Part shown: positions 47,648-58,519 of the stretch, one piece after another
Numbering within the stretch: the stretch's first letter is position 1
How the letters are laid out: every line of letters starts with the position of its first letter
NCBI GenBank assembly: GCA_045105115.1
Contig: JBGCDE010000207.1
Location: forward strand, 20,290-84,289
DNA from: Pseudomonadales bacterium
GTDB lineage: Bacteria > Pseudomonadota > Gammaproteobacteria > Pseudomonadales > JAUIET01
Direction of reading: 5' to 3'
DNA: 64,000 nt
Notes under the pieces: model-generated
What the model was told of the DNA's origin: nothing
Seen by the model: the letters and a program-made list of their open reading frames with translations, nothing else
The model's database searches: none
Position numbers and translations under genes: made by a program

Positions 47648-49936
47648 CTAAGGTGATATTCGCCGATAACTGCCCATCGGACCCTGCAACAGAATGCTTG
47701 CATCTTCCATGCGCACCCACAGAGTGGACGCTGCAAATTCATCAATAGCTCTAAACTTATCATTACCTAGCGCTATCAGCCGGTTACGATACCCAATCTT
47801 TCTTCGATCATACCAAAACAATCCGTCAGCATCGGAACCAATACTAATTTCCCTTTTTTTTCTTGAAGCGGTTATTTGCCGGTAGTCACCAAGGTAACGT
47901 TCTAACTGTTTGTCATTTAATGCGATAGCAGCTTGCACTTCTTGCTCCGCGCCATCTTCGACTAGCCAGACATCAAGCTCATTGACGAAGTTGCGTAGCA
48001 AATCGTGTCGGAAGGCATTAATAACAACGTAGTAAGCCCGCTCAGTAGCTGGTGAATACGCAAAGCGTGCCAAATAGCCGTCGGCATCGCCATTGTGACT
48101 CCACAGCCAATGGCCGCGATATTGCGACACGCTCAGCCCCATGCCACGACCCTGCATTACTCCCGCTCGCGCCATTACGGTGGTTTGCGGCCGGGCCATT
48201 TCAGACACGCTGGCCGTCGACAACCAGTGCTCATCACCCTTGGAGTTCCGGTTTGTAAACACTTTCAGAACCTTGCTCATATCACGGGCAGTGGCGCTGA
48301 CTCCGCCAAATGCACGAAACAAGGTATGCCAATAAGGTAGCTGGGTTTGCAAGTCGCGGTCGTAGCCACTGACTAACTGAGACTGTAACTGTGCGCTCCA
48401 TGTGATGCTGGATTGTTGCATACCCAAGCCCTGAAGCACTTCGCGTTGAAACCAGTCATCGAACGTTTCACCCGTGCGCACCTCAATCACGCGACTCACC
48501 AAGCCCGCACCGGCATTACTGTATTGACTATAGTGGCCTGGAGGCCATAACAATGTGCGATTTTGTGGCTCGAGTCGTAACGCCTCTTGCAGGCTCAGCG
48601 CCGTTGGATAATCAAACTCTTTGCGAGATAAACGCCCCAGCCCTGCACTGTGCTCAAGTAGCATTCTCGTGGTGACCGCTGTGTCTTGCCATGCGCTATG
48701 CAAAGGTAACTTCGGCGCTATTGCGCGCACCGGCTTATCCAGATCAAGCAGGCTCTGCTCACTGAGTTTCGCGCTGGCAAGCGCCAGTAAGGTTTTGCTA
48801 ATCGAACCAATTCGAAACACGCTGTCAGCGTGTACGGGTCTTTTACCAGCATTACTGTAATAACCACTAGCACCCAGTGCGACGGTATCAGCGCCCTCAA
48901 CCAAAGCCCAACTTGCAGCGCCGACGCCAGTGCGCCGAGCAATCGCCTTTAAATCCGGCACAGGTTCCACGCTGGACACACCCTGCGCAATGCCTTTGGA
49001 TATGGATCGGTTAAAGATCTGTTCGTCATTGAACTCAACGTTCTTTCCATCCGTCTGTACACCCATTGCCCGCAACAGGTCTCGATAGGCCGTAATACTT
49101 GTGGACTGTCTGTAGGCTAAATAATTGTTTTCAAACAGCGCTAGATCATTTGCCTTATCCAGCGCACGCATAATATTGATGGGCGACATAGACTGCTTTT
49201 CGCAACATTGCTTCAAATTCAAAAGTGCTGTGTCCAGCGACTGCTGGTTATTGGTAGAGCTGCGCAGCCGAAAGTCCATATCCAGCCAGAACAAGGCACC
49301 GTGCCAGTGTATTCGCATGTACTGTCGGGTGTTGCTGCTCACGTAATCCAAAGAACGGGCACTATTATTGTTCTGCGCGCGTGCGCGCTCAAAACCCGCT
49401 AACAATTTTTCCCACATTTGTTGCTCAGTGAGCAGGCCCGCCCGGGCTTGAATCACGTTCTGATAGTAGCTGGCCAGTCCTTCGGAAACCCATCGACTAC
49501 CGCTCTTGTAAGGAATAAAAAGATGACTCAACTCGTGAAACACGGTCCAGTCAGCGCGCAAGGAATCAAAGCTGTGCGACAAATCAACCAGCAGTTTTAC
49601 AGTGTCGGGGCTTTGAACAGAATGAGACCGAATAACCTCACCCCAGGGAACCGGAGAGCGACCACTTGTGCCGCTATACGGTTCAATACGAATCTTGATG
49701 TGATCCTGCGGCAAGACACCATATACAGACATCAATGCATCCAACGCAATACGTAGCCAATCTTGCAGCACTTGCCGATCATCACTGCTGAACTGCTGGT
49801 CAAAATCAAGCTCTGCCAGTTGCGAGCCGTAGTGGATGTTATCGGCAACTGATGCGTGCGAGAACAAGCAGAGACTAAACACAAGCGACGTCATTAAACG
49901 ACGCGGCAGCAGCGCACAGTAAGGTAAGAATCGCAC
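47648..49936 (-). CDS. Exported fusion protein: M61-like HExxH domain plus beta-lactamase/S12-type serine hydrolase domain plus C-terminal domain
   Basis: The N-terminal part carries FHELSHLF ... VSEGLASYY. The serine hydrolase part has the SxxK motif in FRIGSISKT and the YxN motif in YSNAG. A signal peptide is present. Confidence 0.65.
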   Translation of the reverse strand: MRFLPYCALLPRRLMTSLVFSLCLFSHASVADNIHYGSQLAELDFDQQFSSDDRQVLQDWLRIALDALMSVYGVLPQDHIKIRIEPYSGTSGRSPVPWGEVIRSHSVQSPDTVKLLVDLSHSFDSLRADWTVFHELSHLFIPYKSGSRWVSEGLASYYQNVIQARAGLLTEQQMWEKLLAGFERARAQNNNSARSLDYVSSNTRQYMRIHWHGALFWLDMDFRLRSSTNNQQSLDTALLNLKQCCEKQSMSPINIMRALDKANDLALFENNYLAYRQSTSITAYRDLLRAMGVQTDGKNVEFNDEQIFNRSISKGIAQGVSSVEPVPDLKAIARRTGVGAASWALVEGADTVALGASGYYSNAGKRPVHADSVFRIGSISKTLLALASAKLSEQSLLDLDKPVRAIAPKLPLHSAWQDTAVTTRMLLEHSAGLGRLSRKEFDYPTALSLQEALRLEPQNRTLLWPPGHYSQYSNAGAGLVSRVIEVRTGETFDDWFQREVLQGLGMQQSSITWSAQLQSQLVSGYDRDLQTQLPYWHTLFRAFGGVSATARDMSKVLKVFTNRNSKGDEHWLSTASVSEMARPQTTVMARAGVMQGRGMGLSVSQYRGHWLWSHNGDADGYLARFAYSPATERAYYVVINAFRHDLLRNFVNELDVWLVEDGAEQEVQAAIALNDKQLERYLGDYRQITASRKKREISIGSDADGLFWYDRRKIGYRNRLIALGNDKFRAIDEFAASTLWVRMEDASILLQGPMGSYRRISP

Positions 49937-50135
49937 AGAGAACCCTTGTTGATCTCAACTAAAACGAATATTTGTTAGACTGACTCGTTGCCATTAGTTT
50001 CTCACAATACAAGCTATACCTATACTTGCGAACAGGCGCCTGGGTGGCCGTTTTACGTTTTATTTACGCTTGAAGTTTAACGCCGATCGGCATGCATCCG
50101 TTATGCTGTGACCTTGGAATGACGCGAGGAATGCA

Positions 50136-51383
50136 TTGAGTATTATCGACCGCCTGGACAGGCGACTACTGCCACTAATTATTTTGCTCGGTTTACTACT
50201 GATAGCGGGCCTGTTTTATGTCAATGAACCAGCGCCCGCACGATCTGCTCCCGCCAGGCCAGCCCCTATTGCTGTTGATGTCATGCCTCTGGCGCTTGAA
50301 AATATTGAGATTAAGGTTGAGAGCTATGGAACCGTGCAACCGCGTACGCAAAGCATGCTGGTAGCTCAGGTTTCCGGGCAGATTACCAAGGTCAATTCCG
50401 CATTTAGAGACGGCGGGTTTTTTAACAAGAACGACGTATTGCTGGAAATTGACCCACGCGACTACGTCGCGAACGTCAGAATTGCCGAAGCCAGTCTGGT
50501 AGACGCACAGCAAGTTCTCATGGAGGAGACCGCCAGAGCCGAGCAGGCTTCAAAAGACTGGCAGCGACTTGGACGTGGCGAAAAACCCAGCGACCTGGTG
50601 TTACGTAAGCCGCAGATGCTGGCAGCAAAAGCACGTCTTGCCTCAGCCAGCGCAAATTTGGATAAGGTACGACTGGATCTGGAGCGCACTAAAATTCGTG
50701 CGCCCTACGCAGGCCGAACACTAAAGAACCTTGTTGATCTGGGTCAGGTTGTGTCTATGAATGCGCAACTAGGCGAGATATACGCAACCGATGCTGTAGA
50801 AATTCGATTGCCAATACGAAACCGTGACCTAGCCTACGTAAGTCTGCCCGAGCGATATTCAAATTCGCAACTCGAATCCAGCGATCTACCCAAAGTGGTA
50901 TTGACTTCACAGCTTACTGGTAATGAATCCTGGGAAGGAGAGATTGTGCGCACTGAAAGTGCAATTGACACGAATGCGCGTCAATTGCATGTGGTCGCAA
51001 AAATTGATGAACCTTTTGCCGCAGGTGAGCAAACAGACAACGAGCAACCACCGACACGACCGATAAAAATTGGCGAGTATGTAAATGCGTTTATTACTGG
51101 AAAAACTATGGAAAACGTATTATCCATACCAGTTGACGCGATCTACCAGAATAGCTATGTGTACACAGTTGTAGACGGACTTCTGCAGCGTCAAGATATC
51201 AACATCACCTGGAGAAGTGGTGAGCGGGCCGTTATTCAATCTGGTTTGGCAGAAGGTGACCAACTGGTACTCACTCCACTCGGTCAAGTAACTTCAGGTG
51301 TGCGGGTTACACCGAACGAATTCCAGCCGCAAACCACCGCTGAAGTGCAGGAAAGTCGTAAAGGTCGAGATTCAGGCACATGA
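50136..51383 (+). CDS. RND efflux periplasmic adaptor (membrane fusion protein)
   Basis: 415 aa with a TTG start and a GAGGAA 6 nt upstream. It has an N-terminal TM anchor, an HlyD-like coiled-coil region, and a 4-bp ATGA overlap with the pump gene. Confidence 0.85.
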   Translation: MSIIDRLDRRLLPLIILLGLLLIAGLFYVNEPAPARSAPARPAPIAVDVMPLALENIEIKVESYGTVQPRTQSMLVAQVSGQITKVNSAFRDGGFFNKNDVLLEIDPRDYVANVRIAEASLVDAQQVLMEETARAEQASKDWQRLGRGEKPSDLVLRKPQMLAAKARLASASANLDKVRLDLERTKIRAPYAGRTLKNLVDLGQVVSMNAQLGEIYATDAVEIRLPIRNRDLAYVSLPERYSNSQLESSDLPKVVLTSQLTGNESWEGEIVRTESAIDTNARQLHVVAKIDEPFAAGEQTDNEQPPTRPIKIGEYVNAFITGKTMENVLSIPVDAIYQNSYVYTVVDGLLQRQDINITWRSGERAVIQSGLAEGDQLVLTPLGQVTSGVRVTPNEFQPQTTAEVQESRKGRDSGT

Positions 51384-54300
51384 TTAATTGGTTTATTCGC
51401 AATACAGTTGCCGCCAACTTGTTGATGCTCTCAATCATTATCGGGGGCTTGTTGGCCTTTTCTGACAAGGTGTTGCTGGAGGTTTTTCCAGCGGGTGATT
51501 TGCGCATGGTGACGGTATCAGTACCACTGCGCGGTGCCACTCCAGAAGATGTAGAACTGGGCATTGCCGTTAGAATTGAAGAAGCGGTCCAAGACCTGGA
51601 GGGTGTTAAGGAAATAGTCAGCACCTCAGCCGAAGGCTCTACGAGCATTTCCATAGAAATCACGGAGGGTTATGACGAGAGAGAATTTCTAGCCGATATA
51701 AAGTCTCGCGTTGACGCCATCAACACACTTCCGGCAGATGCCGAAAAACCGATTATCAGTCTGGCGCAGTTTCAGTATTCAGTGATTGATCTGGTGGTGT
51801 CTGCAAATCTGCCGGAGGTAGAGCTTCGCACTTACACCGAACAAATTCGCGATGAGATTCTTCGAATTGATGGCATATCAGTGGCTGAAATTCAATTTGG
51901 GCGTAACTATGAAATTAATATCGAAGTCTCACAAGATAAATTGCGCGACGCGCAGCTAACGCTGTCAGATGTTGCAAATCTTATCCGGGAAAGTTCTCTG
52001 GATATATCTGCAGGCAATCTGCGTGCGCAAGGCGGTGATGTGCTAATTCGCTCCAAAGGGCAAGCCTATCGTAAGAACGACTTCGAATCGATTGTTGTCA
52101 AAACCAATTCAGACGGTTCAATTCTGCGAATTGCCGATATCGCTGAAGTGCGCGACGGCTTTGAAGAAGACAGTATTAGCTCGCGCTTCAATGGTAAGAA
52201 AACACTGTTTGTAAAAGTGTATCGTGGCAGTACAGAAGGTGCACTGGAAATCGCGAAAAACGTTCATCAATACATTGCCGACAAACAATCCAAACTGCCC
52301 GCAGGTGTAGAGCTCAGTTACTGGGATGATGACTCTGAACTCCTGAAATCGCGGCTAGGCACCTTAGTGAGTAATATCTGGCAAGGCGGCCTGTTAGTCA
52401 TATTGTTGCTCACGCTGTTTCTGCGCCCAGCGGTATCTTTCTGGGTTTTTATTGGTATACCTATTAGCTTCATTGGCGCATTTATGGTGCTGGGCTTTCT
52501 TGATGTCAGTATTAATATGATGAGCTTGTATGGCTTCATATTAGTATTGGGCCTTGTAGTAGACGATGCGATTGTGACCGGGGAGAGCATTTACACCTCA
52601 TTGGCTGAACACGGCCCGGGGGATCATGCGGCCATTGAGGGTACGCATCGGGTGGCTATTCCCGTGACGTTTGGTGTACTAACCACTATCGCTGCGTTTA
52701 TGCCTTTGCTTGCACTTGACGGTCATATGTCGCGAATGATGGCGCCAATCCCCATTGTAATTGGCTCAATTCTTATGTTCTCGCTGATTGAGAGCAAATT
52801 TGTACTGCCTGCCCATTTGAAGAACATTGATGTACGCCGACAAAATAATGCTAATGAGCGTAGTAGCTGGTTTCGTCGCTTTGAGTTGTGGCAGCAAGAT
52901 TTTGCCGACGGATTCGAGCAAGCCATTATCAGATATTACAAACCAGCGCTCGAAGTAGCTATCAAGAATAGATACAGCGTGCTGGCTGCATTTATTGGCT
53001 TGTTCGCGCTGGCATTGTCTCTGCTATTAAAAGGTTGGTTACCCTTTACCTTTATGCCACGCATTCCCGCCGAAACGGTAGCGGCAAGCCTTACCATGCC
53101 GGTTGGCACTCCGTTTCAGGTCACCGACCGACACATAGCGCGAATTACTGAAGCGGCCGAGCAAATACGCGAAAAATACACTGACGCCGACGGCAATAGC
53201 GCAATACGCCACATCCTGTCGGTCAGTGGCGGCACAGGCCGAGGTGGTGCGGCAACGCATAGGGGTACGGTGGCCATTGAAACGGTGCCATTGACAGAGA
53301 GAACGATTCAGTTAGACCCAGCGGAAGTGACCCGCGAATGGCGAAAACTGATAGGCCCGGTGGCCGGTGCTGAGTCATTAAATATGCGCTCTGAATTGTT
53401 TCGCTTTGGCGACCCAATAAATATTCAACTGAGTGGGCATTCACTGGATACGCTGGGCAAGGTAGCCGATCAAGTTAAACAGCGACTAGCCAGTTATCCA
53501 ACGGTATTCGATGTATCAGATTCGCTATCTGATGGTAAAGACGAGCTGCGCGTTGAACTGACCGACCAGGGTACAGTACTAGGCTTAACCCGCTCGAGCA
53601 TTCTCAGGCAAATCAGCGAAGCATTTCGCGGTTTTGAAGCGCAGAGAATCCAGCGCGGTCGAGATGATGTGCGGGTTCTGGTACGGCTACCAAAAAATGA
53701 AAGAAGCAATCAAGATACTTTAAACGAACTACTGATGACCACACCCGATGGCCGGCAGGTGCCGCTTGCGCATGTTGCCGAGATTTCGCCATCAACCGGG
53801 CCATCAACTATTCGCCGCGTAGACCGCTATCGCGTAGTTAATGTGATGGCCGATTTCGATAAGAAGAACACCAATGCAGTTACACTCAATGCCGATCTTG
53901 GTCAGTTTCTGGATGAATTGCTGGCCCAATACCCTGGCATCAGTTACTCCCTGCAAGGCGAGGCAAGAGAGCAGCGGGAAACAACTGAAAGCTTGAGCGT
54001 TGCCTTAGTCGCATTGCTGTTTTTGATTTATTGCCTGTTGGCATTACCACTGAAGTCTTATACCCAACCTTTGATTGTGATGTCTATCATCCCCTTCAGT
54101 TTAATCGGCGCGGTTATTGGTCACATGATAATGGGCCAATACTTCGCAATGGTCAGTTACATGGGTTTGCTCGCGCTGGTGGGTGTTGTAATCAATGACA
54201 GTCTTGTGCTCGTCGATTTCGTTAACCAAAGCAGCCGCAAAGGTATGAAACTATTTGATGCCGTGAGCAATGCCGGTCCGAAGCGATTTCGTGCGGTCAT

Positions 54301-54526
54301 GTTGACCTCTGTAACAACTTTCGTTGGATTAATGCCGATGATGTTTGTAAGCTCAACCCAATCTTTGTTTATGATCCCGATGGCCATTTCACTTGGCTTT
54401 GGCATTCTATTCGCTACAGCTATCACGCTGTTTCTGGTTCCGTGTAATCTGTTGATCGCAAATGATATGGGTAACGGTTTAAGGAGTTTGTTCGGTCGAA
54501 GCAGAAACACCGAAGTCGCCTCCTAA
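51380..54526 (+). CDS. RND efflux permease (AcrB/AcrD/AcrF family)
   Basis: 1048 aa with the typical 12-TM, two-large-loop RND layout. The N-terminus reads MINWFIRNTVAANLLML. Confidence 0.9.
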   Translation: MINWFIRNTVAANLLMLSIIIGGLLAFSDKVLLEVFPAGDLRMVTVSVPLRGATPEDVELGIAVRIEEAVQDLEGVKEIVSTSAEGSTSISIEITEGYDEREFLADIKSRVDAINTLPADAEKPIISLAQFQYSVIDLVVSANLPEVELRTYTEQIRDEILRIDGISVAEIQFGRNYEINIEVSQDKLRDAQLTLSDVANLIRESSLDISAGNLRAQGGDVLIRSKGQAYRKNDFESIVVKTNSDGSILRIADIAEVRDGFEEDSISSRFNGKKTLFVKVYRGSTEGALEIAKNVHQYIADKQSKLPAGVELSYWDDDSELLKSRLGTLVSNIWQGGLLVILLLTLFLRPAVSFWVFIGIPISFIGAFMVLGFLDVSINMMSLYGFILVLGLVVDDAIVTGESIYTSLAEHGPGDHAAIEGTHRVAIPVTFGVLTTIAAFMPLLALDGHMSRMMAPIPIVIGSILMFSLIESKFVLPAHLKNIDVRRQNNANERSSWFRRFELWQQDFADGFEQAIIRYYKPALEVAIKNRYSVLAAFIGLFALALSLLLKGWLPFTFMPRIPAETVAASLTMPVGTPFQVTDRHIARITEAAEQIREKYTDADGNSAIRHILSVSGGTGRGGAATHRGTVAIETVPLTERTIQLDPAEVTREWRKLIGPVAGAESLNMRSELFRFGDPINIQLSGHSLDTLGKVADQVKQRLASYPTVFDVSDSLSDGKDELRVELTDQGTVLGLTRSSILRQISEAFRGFEAQRIQRGRDDVRVLVRLPKNERSNQDTLNELLMTTPDGRQVPLAHVAEISPSTGPSTIRRVDRYRVVNVMADFDKKNTNAVTLNADLGQFLDELLAQYPGISYSLQGEAREQRETTESLSVALVALLFLIYCLLALPLKSYTQPLIVMSIIPFSLIGAVIGHMIMGQYFAMVSYMGLLALVGVVINDSLVLVDFVNQSSRKGMKLFDAVSNAGPKRFRAVMLTSVTTFVGLMPMMFVSSTQSLFMIPMAISLGFGILFATAITLFLVPCNLLIANDMGNGLRSLFGRSRNTEVAS

Positions 54527-55897
54527 AGCGAGATAAAAGCCAATACGGTTCTTCAATAATTCGGTTTCCAACTGCAACAATTGGCTTTGTCTATCAAATG
54601 CGGTGCGCTGCGCTTGCAACCATGTATTCAGGTTACTCAAACCGGCAACGTATGACTCAAATGCCTGCTGCTCGGCTTGCTGCGATATTTGATCAGCACG
54701 CCGAGCTGCTGCCAAGCGCTCTTTGAAGAGTATTTCATTGTCGATGCTTTGCTCTACTTCGCTAATGGCCGTTAGCAATGTGCTCTTGTATTCAGCAGCA
54801 TTGGCGTTTAATAGTGCCATTTGTCTGCGCTGCTCAGCCGCTAACTGCCCGCCTTGAAATAACGGCGCTGTAATGCCAGCGACCGCGCTCCAGAAAATGT
54901 CATCGCCATCAAGCACATCGCGTAAACTTCGATTGCTGGCGCCATAAGAACCGCGCAAATTCAGAGCTGGAAGGCGATTTGCTTTTGCAACCCCAAGATT
55001 AGCTTGCTGGCCGATCAAGGCATGCCGGCCGGCGACAACATCCGGCCGCCTTTCCAGCAGTGTAAGAGGTAACTGTTTTGGAATATCCATACGCAACGCG
55101 GGCGCACTACCCGGAAGCGTCATTGTATTTCCAGGATAGCGGCCAAGCAGCACTTCCAACTGGCGTACCAGGCTTTGATAATTTTGCTGCCTAAGAACGG
55201 TGTTGGCTTGTGATGCATCCGCTTCAGCACGTGCGGAATACACATCCAGAGCATCGCGAATACCGGCGCCAAATCCATTTTCGATAATATCAAGATTATC
55301 GCGAAGGTTTTTCTCTCGCTGCTGGGCAAGACGCCATTGCTGCTGAGATTCAATAGAATCCAGCCAGGTACGGGCAATTTGCGCAGACAGGGAGAACTGC
55401 GACCAACGTAGTAACTGCTGCTGCTGCAAAGCCGTGTTGATCGCCGCTTTCTGACCCAGTGCCAACTCACCCCAGAGATCAACTTCCCAGCTCGCCGATA
55501 CGTTGCCGCTCACGGTTTCAGTGATCGCACTTCCCGCGGTGGTGAATGCCGTGCTGGCTCGCTGCTGTCGATTACCATCTAGAGCTGCACTTACCGCTGG
55601 CCAACGGCGACCGCTGGCTATTCTGGCTTGTTCAAATGCAGCGTTGCGGCGCGCTATTGATACCTGCAAATCAAGATTGTTTAGCTGCGCCTCGTTAATG
55701 ATTTCTGTCAGCGCAGGCGAATCGACAAATTCATTCCATACGAGATCGGAGTTTGCCAATTCATCGCTGCTCCAGCCGGGAGCAAGTTCGCTGGCTTGCG
55801 GCACGGTCTCAGCTGCGGGTTTATCTAATAATGGCGTGCAGGCAGTCAGACCGCCAATAACGCTTGCAACGATAATTCTGAGCGAAGAACGAACCAC
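54479..55897 (-). CDS. Outer-membrane efflux lipoprotein (NodT/TolC family)
   Basis: 472 aa with a GTG start, lipobox LTAC and a duplicated OEP coiled-coil pattern. It is convergent with the RND pump gene, and their 3' ends overlap by 48 nt. Confidence 0.85.
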   Translation of the reverse strand: MVRSSLRIIVASVIGGLTACTPLLDKPAAETVPQASELAPGWSSDELANSDLVWNEFVDSPALTEIINEAQLNNLDLQVSIARRNAAFEQARIASGRRWPAVSAALDGNRQQRASTAFTTAGSAITETVSGNVSASWEVDLWGELALGQKAAINTALQQQQLLRWSQFSLSAQIARTWLDSIESQQQWRLAQQREKNLRDNLDIIENGFGAGIRDALDVYSARAEADASQANTVLRQQNYQSLVRQLEVLLGRYPGNTMTLPGSAPALRMDIPKQLPLTLLERRPDVVAGRHALIGQQANLGVAKANRLPALNLRGSYGASNRSLRDVLDGDDIFWSAVAGITAPLFQGGQLAAEQRRQMALLNANAAEYKSTLLTAISEVEQSIDNEILFKERLAAARRADQISQQAEQQAFESYVAGLSNLNTWLQAQRTAFDRQSQLLQLETELLKNRIGFYLALGGDFGVSASTEQTP

Positions 55898-56039
55898 TAT
55901 GCTACTGGCACCTGATTTTCAATTGGCTGTGATACTACTTAATACACCCGCCATTGTCAGTCTTCCTGCGGTAAAGATGCGGTAAATTCAGAGCGCGTCC
56001 ATGATAAGGTGATGGCATACGTCGATGTAGGGCATAGCA

Positions 56040-56594
56040 ATGAAACGATGCACTTGGGCAAATGGCTCAGAGCTGGAACAGCAATACCACGATACAGAAT
56101 GGGGCGTGCCCGTGTATGACGATCAGGTTTTGTTCGAATTTCTGGTTCTGGAAGGCGCCCAAGCGGGTCTGAGCTGGTCGACTATATTGAACAAGCGCGA
56201 AGGCTACCGGAAAGCATTTGATAATTTTGAGGTAAAAAAAATTGCTCGCTATTCGGAAACGAAAATACAACGCTTGCTAAACAATCCGGAGATAGTTCGA
56301 AACAAGCTCAAGGTTCGTGGAACGGTCACCAACGCCACGCTTTTTATGGATGTGCAGGAAGAGTTTGGCAGCTTTAGCAACTATATCTGGGAATTTGTAG
56401 GCGGCGAGCCTATTGTCAACTCGCCGAAAACAATGGCCGATGTGCCCGCAACCACAGAACGCTCAGACGCCATGAGTAAAGCCTTGAAGAAACGCGGTTT
56501 CAAGTTTGTGGGTAGCACAATTTGTTACGCCTATATGCAGGCGATTGGCATGGTTAACGACCATTCCACCGACTGCTTCCGCTACTCTAATTAA
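56040..56594 (+). CDS. tag: DNA-3-methyladenine glycosylase I
   Basis: 184 aa. The sequence WGVPVYDDQVLFEFLVLEGAQAGLSWSTILNKREGYRKAF is a close match to Tag. Confidence 0.9.
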   Translation: MKRCTWANGSELEQQYHDTEWGVPVYDDQVLFEFLVLEGAQAGLSWSTILNKREGYRKAFDNFEVKKIARYSETKIQRLLNNPEIVRNKLKVRGTVTNATLFMDVQEEFGSFSNYIWEFVGGEPIVNSPKTMADVPATTERSDAMSKALKKRGFKFVGSTICYAYMQAIGMVNDHSTDCFRYSN

Positions 56595-56715
56595 GCGACC
56601 GTCGGTCGAAAACAGCGCTTAAAAGGGCCTGAAACGTTCTTTGAGTAGTTTAGAACTAGCCTCTGTGGGACAATTGTGTTTTCCTGAACTGATCATAATT
56701 TGACCGTTTTCCACG

Positions 56716-58053
<1,338 letters not shown>

Positions 58054-58087
58054 CACCCACCTGATCGTAAAAGGTTTGGAAGTCAGC

Positions 58088-58519
58088 TTACTGATAGATG
58101 ATGTCGGGTCGCAGTTTTGCTAGTCGCGCCAGCAGCTGATTGCGCACAGCAAGGCTCACTTCATTTTGATCCAGGGCTTTTATCAGAAGATCTACCAGCC
58201 CGTTGAAGTCTGACTCACTTACATTCATGCCACCGTGCACCAGCAACATCGTATCACCGGAATAATCACACGGCCCATCGCTGATCTCGCATAAATACTC
58301 GATCAGTTTGTCTCTAAACCGCGACATATTCGTGTGCTCGAAATGCTTGTGAACATCGTGATTTGTCGGATGCAATAGCAGCATCGCATCTACAATTCTG
58401 GTAATACCTTGCAAGCCATGAAGCTGATCGTATAACGGTAGCTTGGCGCCGTGTGCGAAAACACTTGTCAAAAACAGGCCCGCGAATATCAGGGTCTGAA
58501 GTTCTGGCTTGTTTTTCAT
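58088..58519 (-). CDS. Group 1 truncated haemoglobin (trHbN-like) with a predicted signal peptide
   Basis: 143 aa. The signal peptide is MKNKPELQTLIFAGLFLTSVFA, with cleavage before HG. The globin pattern is LYDQLHGLQGITRIVD ... DGPCDYSGDTMLLVHGGMNVSESDFNGLVDLLIKAL, with the proximal His in the LVHGG context. Its start overlaps the upstream stop as ATGA. Confidence 0.7.
   Translation of the reverse strand: MKNKPELQTLIFAGLFLTSVFAHGAKLPLYDQLHGLQGITRIVDAMLLLHPTNHDVHKHFEHTNMSRFRDKLIEYLCEISDGPCDYSGDTMLLVHGGMNVSESDFNGLVDLLIKALDQNEVSLAVRNQLLARLAKLRPDIIYQ

Noticed and set aside
50011-50027. An imperfect inverted repeat, AAGCTATA-cc-TATACTT, upstream of the RND operon, as a possible TetR-type operator.
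   Set aside because: The arms differ by a one-base bulge, the sequence is AT-rich, and no regulator gene is adjacent. It is not distinguishable from chance by eye.
54479-55897. The TolC-family gene as the outer-membrane component of a type I secretion system for the RTX protein.
   Set aside because: It is a NodT-type lipoprotein positioned with an MFP-RND pump pair. No T1SS ABC transporter is in the window.
55503-55985. A 160-aa plus-strand ORF overlapping the 5' part of the outer-membrane factor gene.
   Set aside because: It is antisense to a clear NodT/TolC-family lipoprotein gene, has an Ala/Ser/Leu-rich shadow composition, and lacks a plausible RBS.
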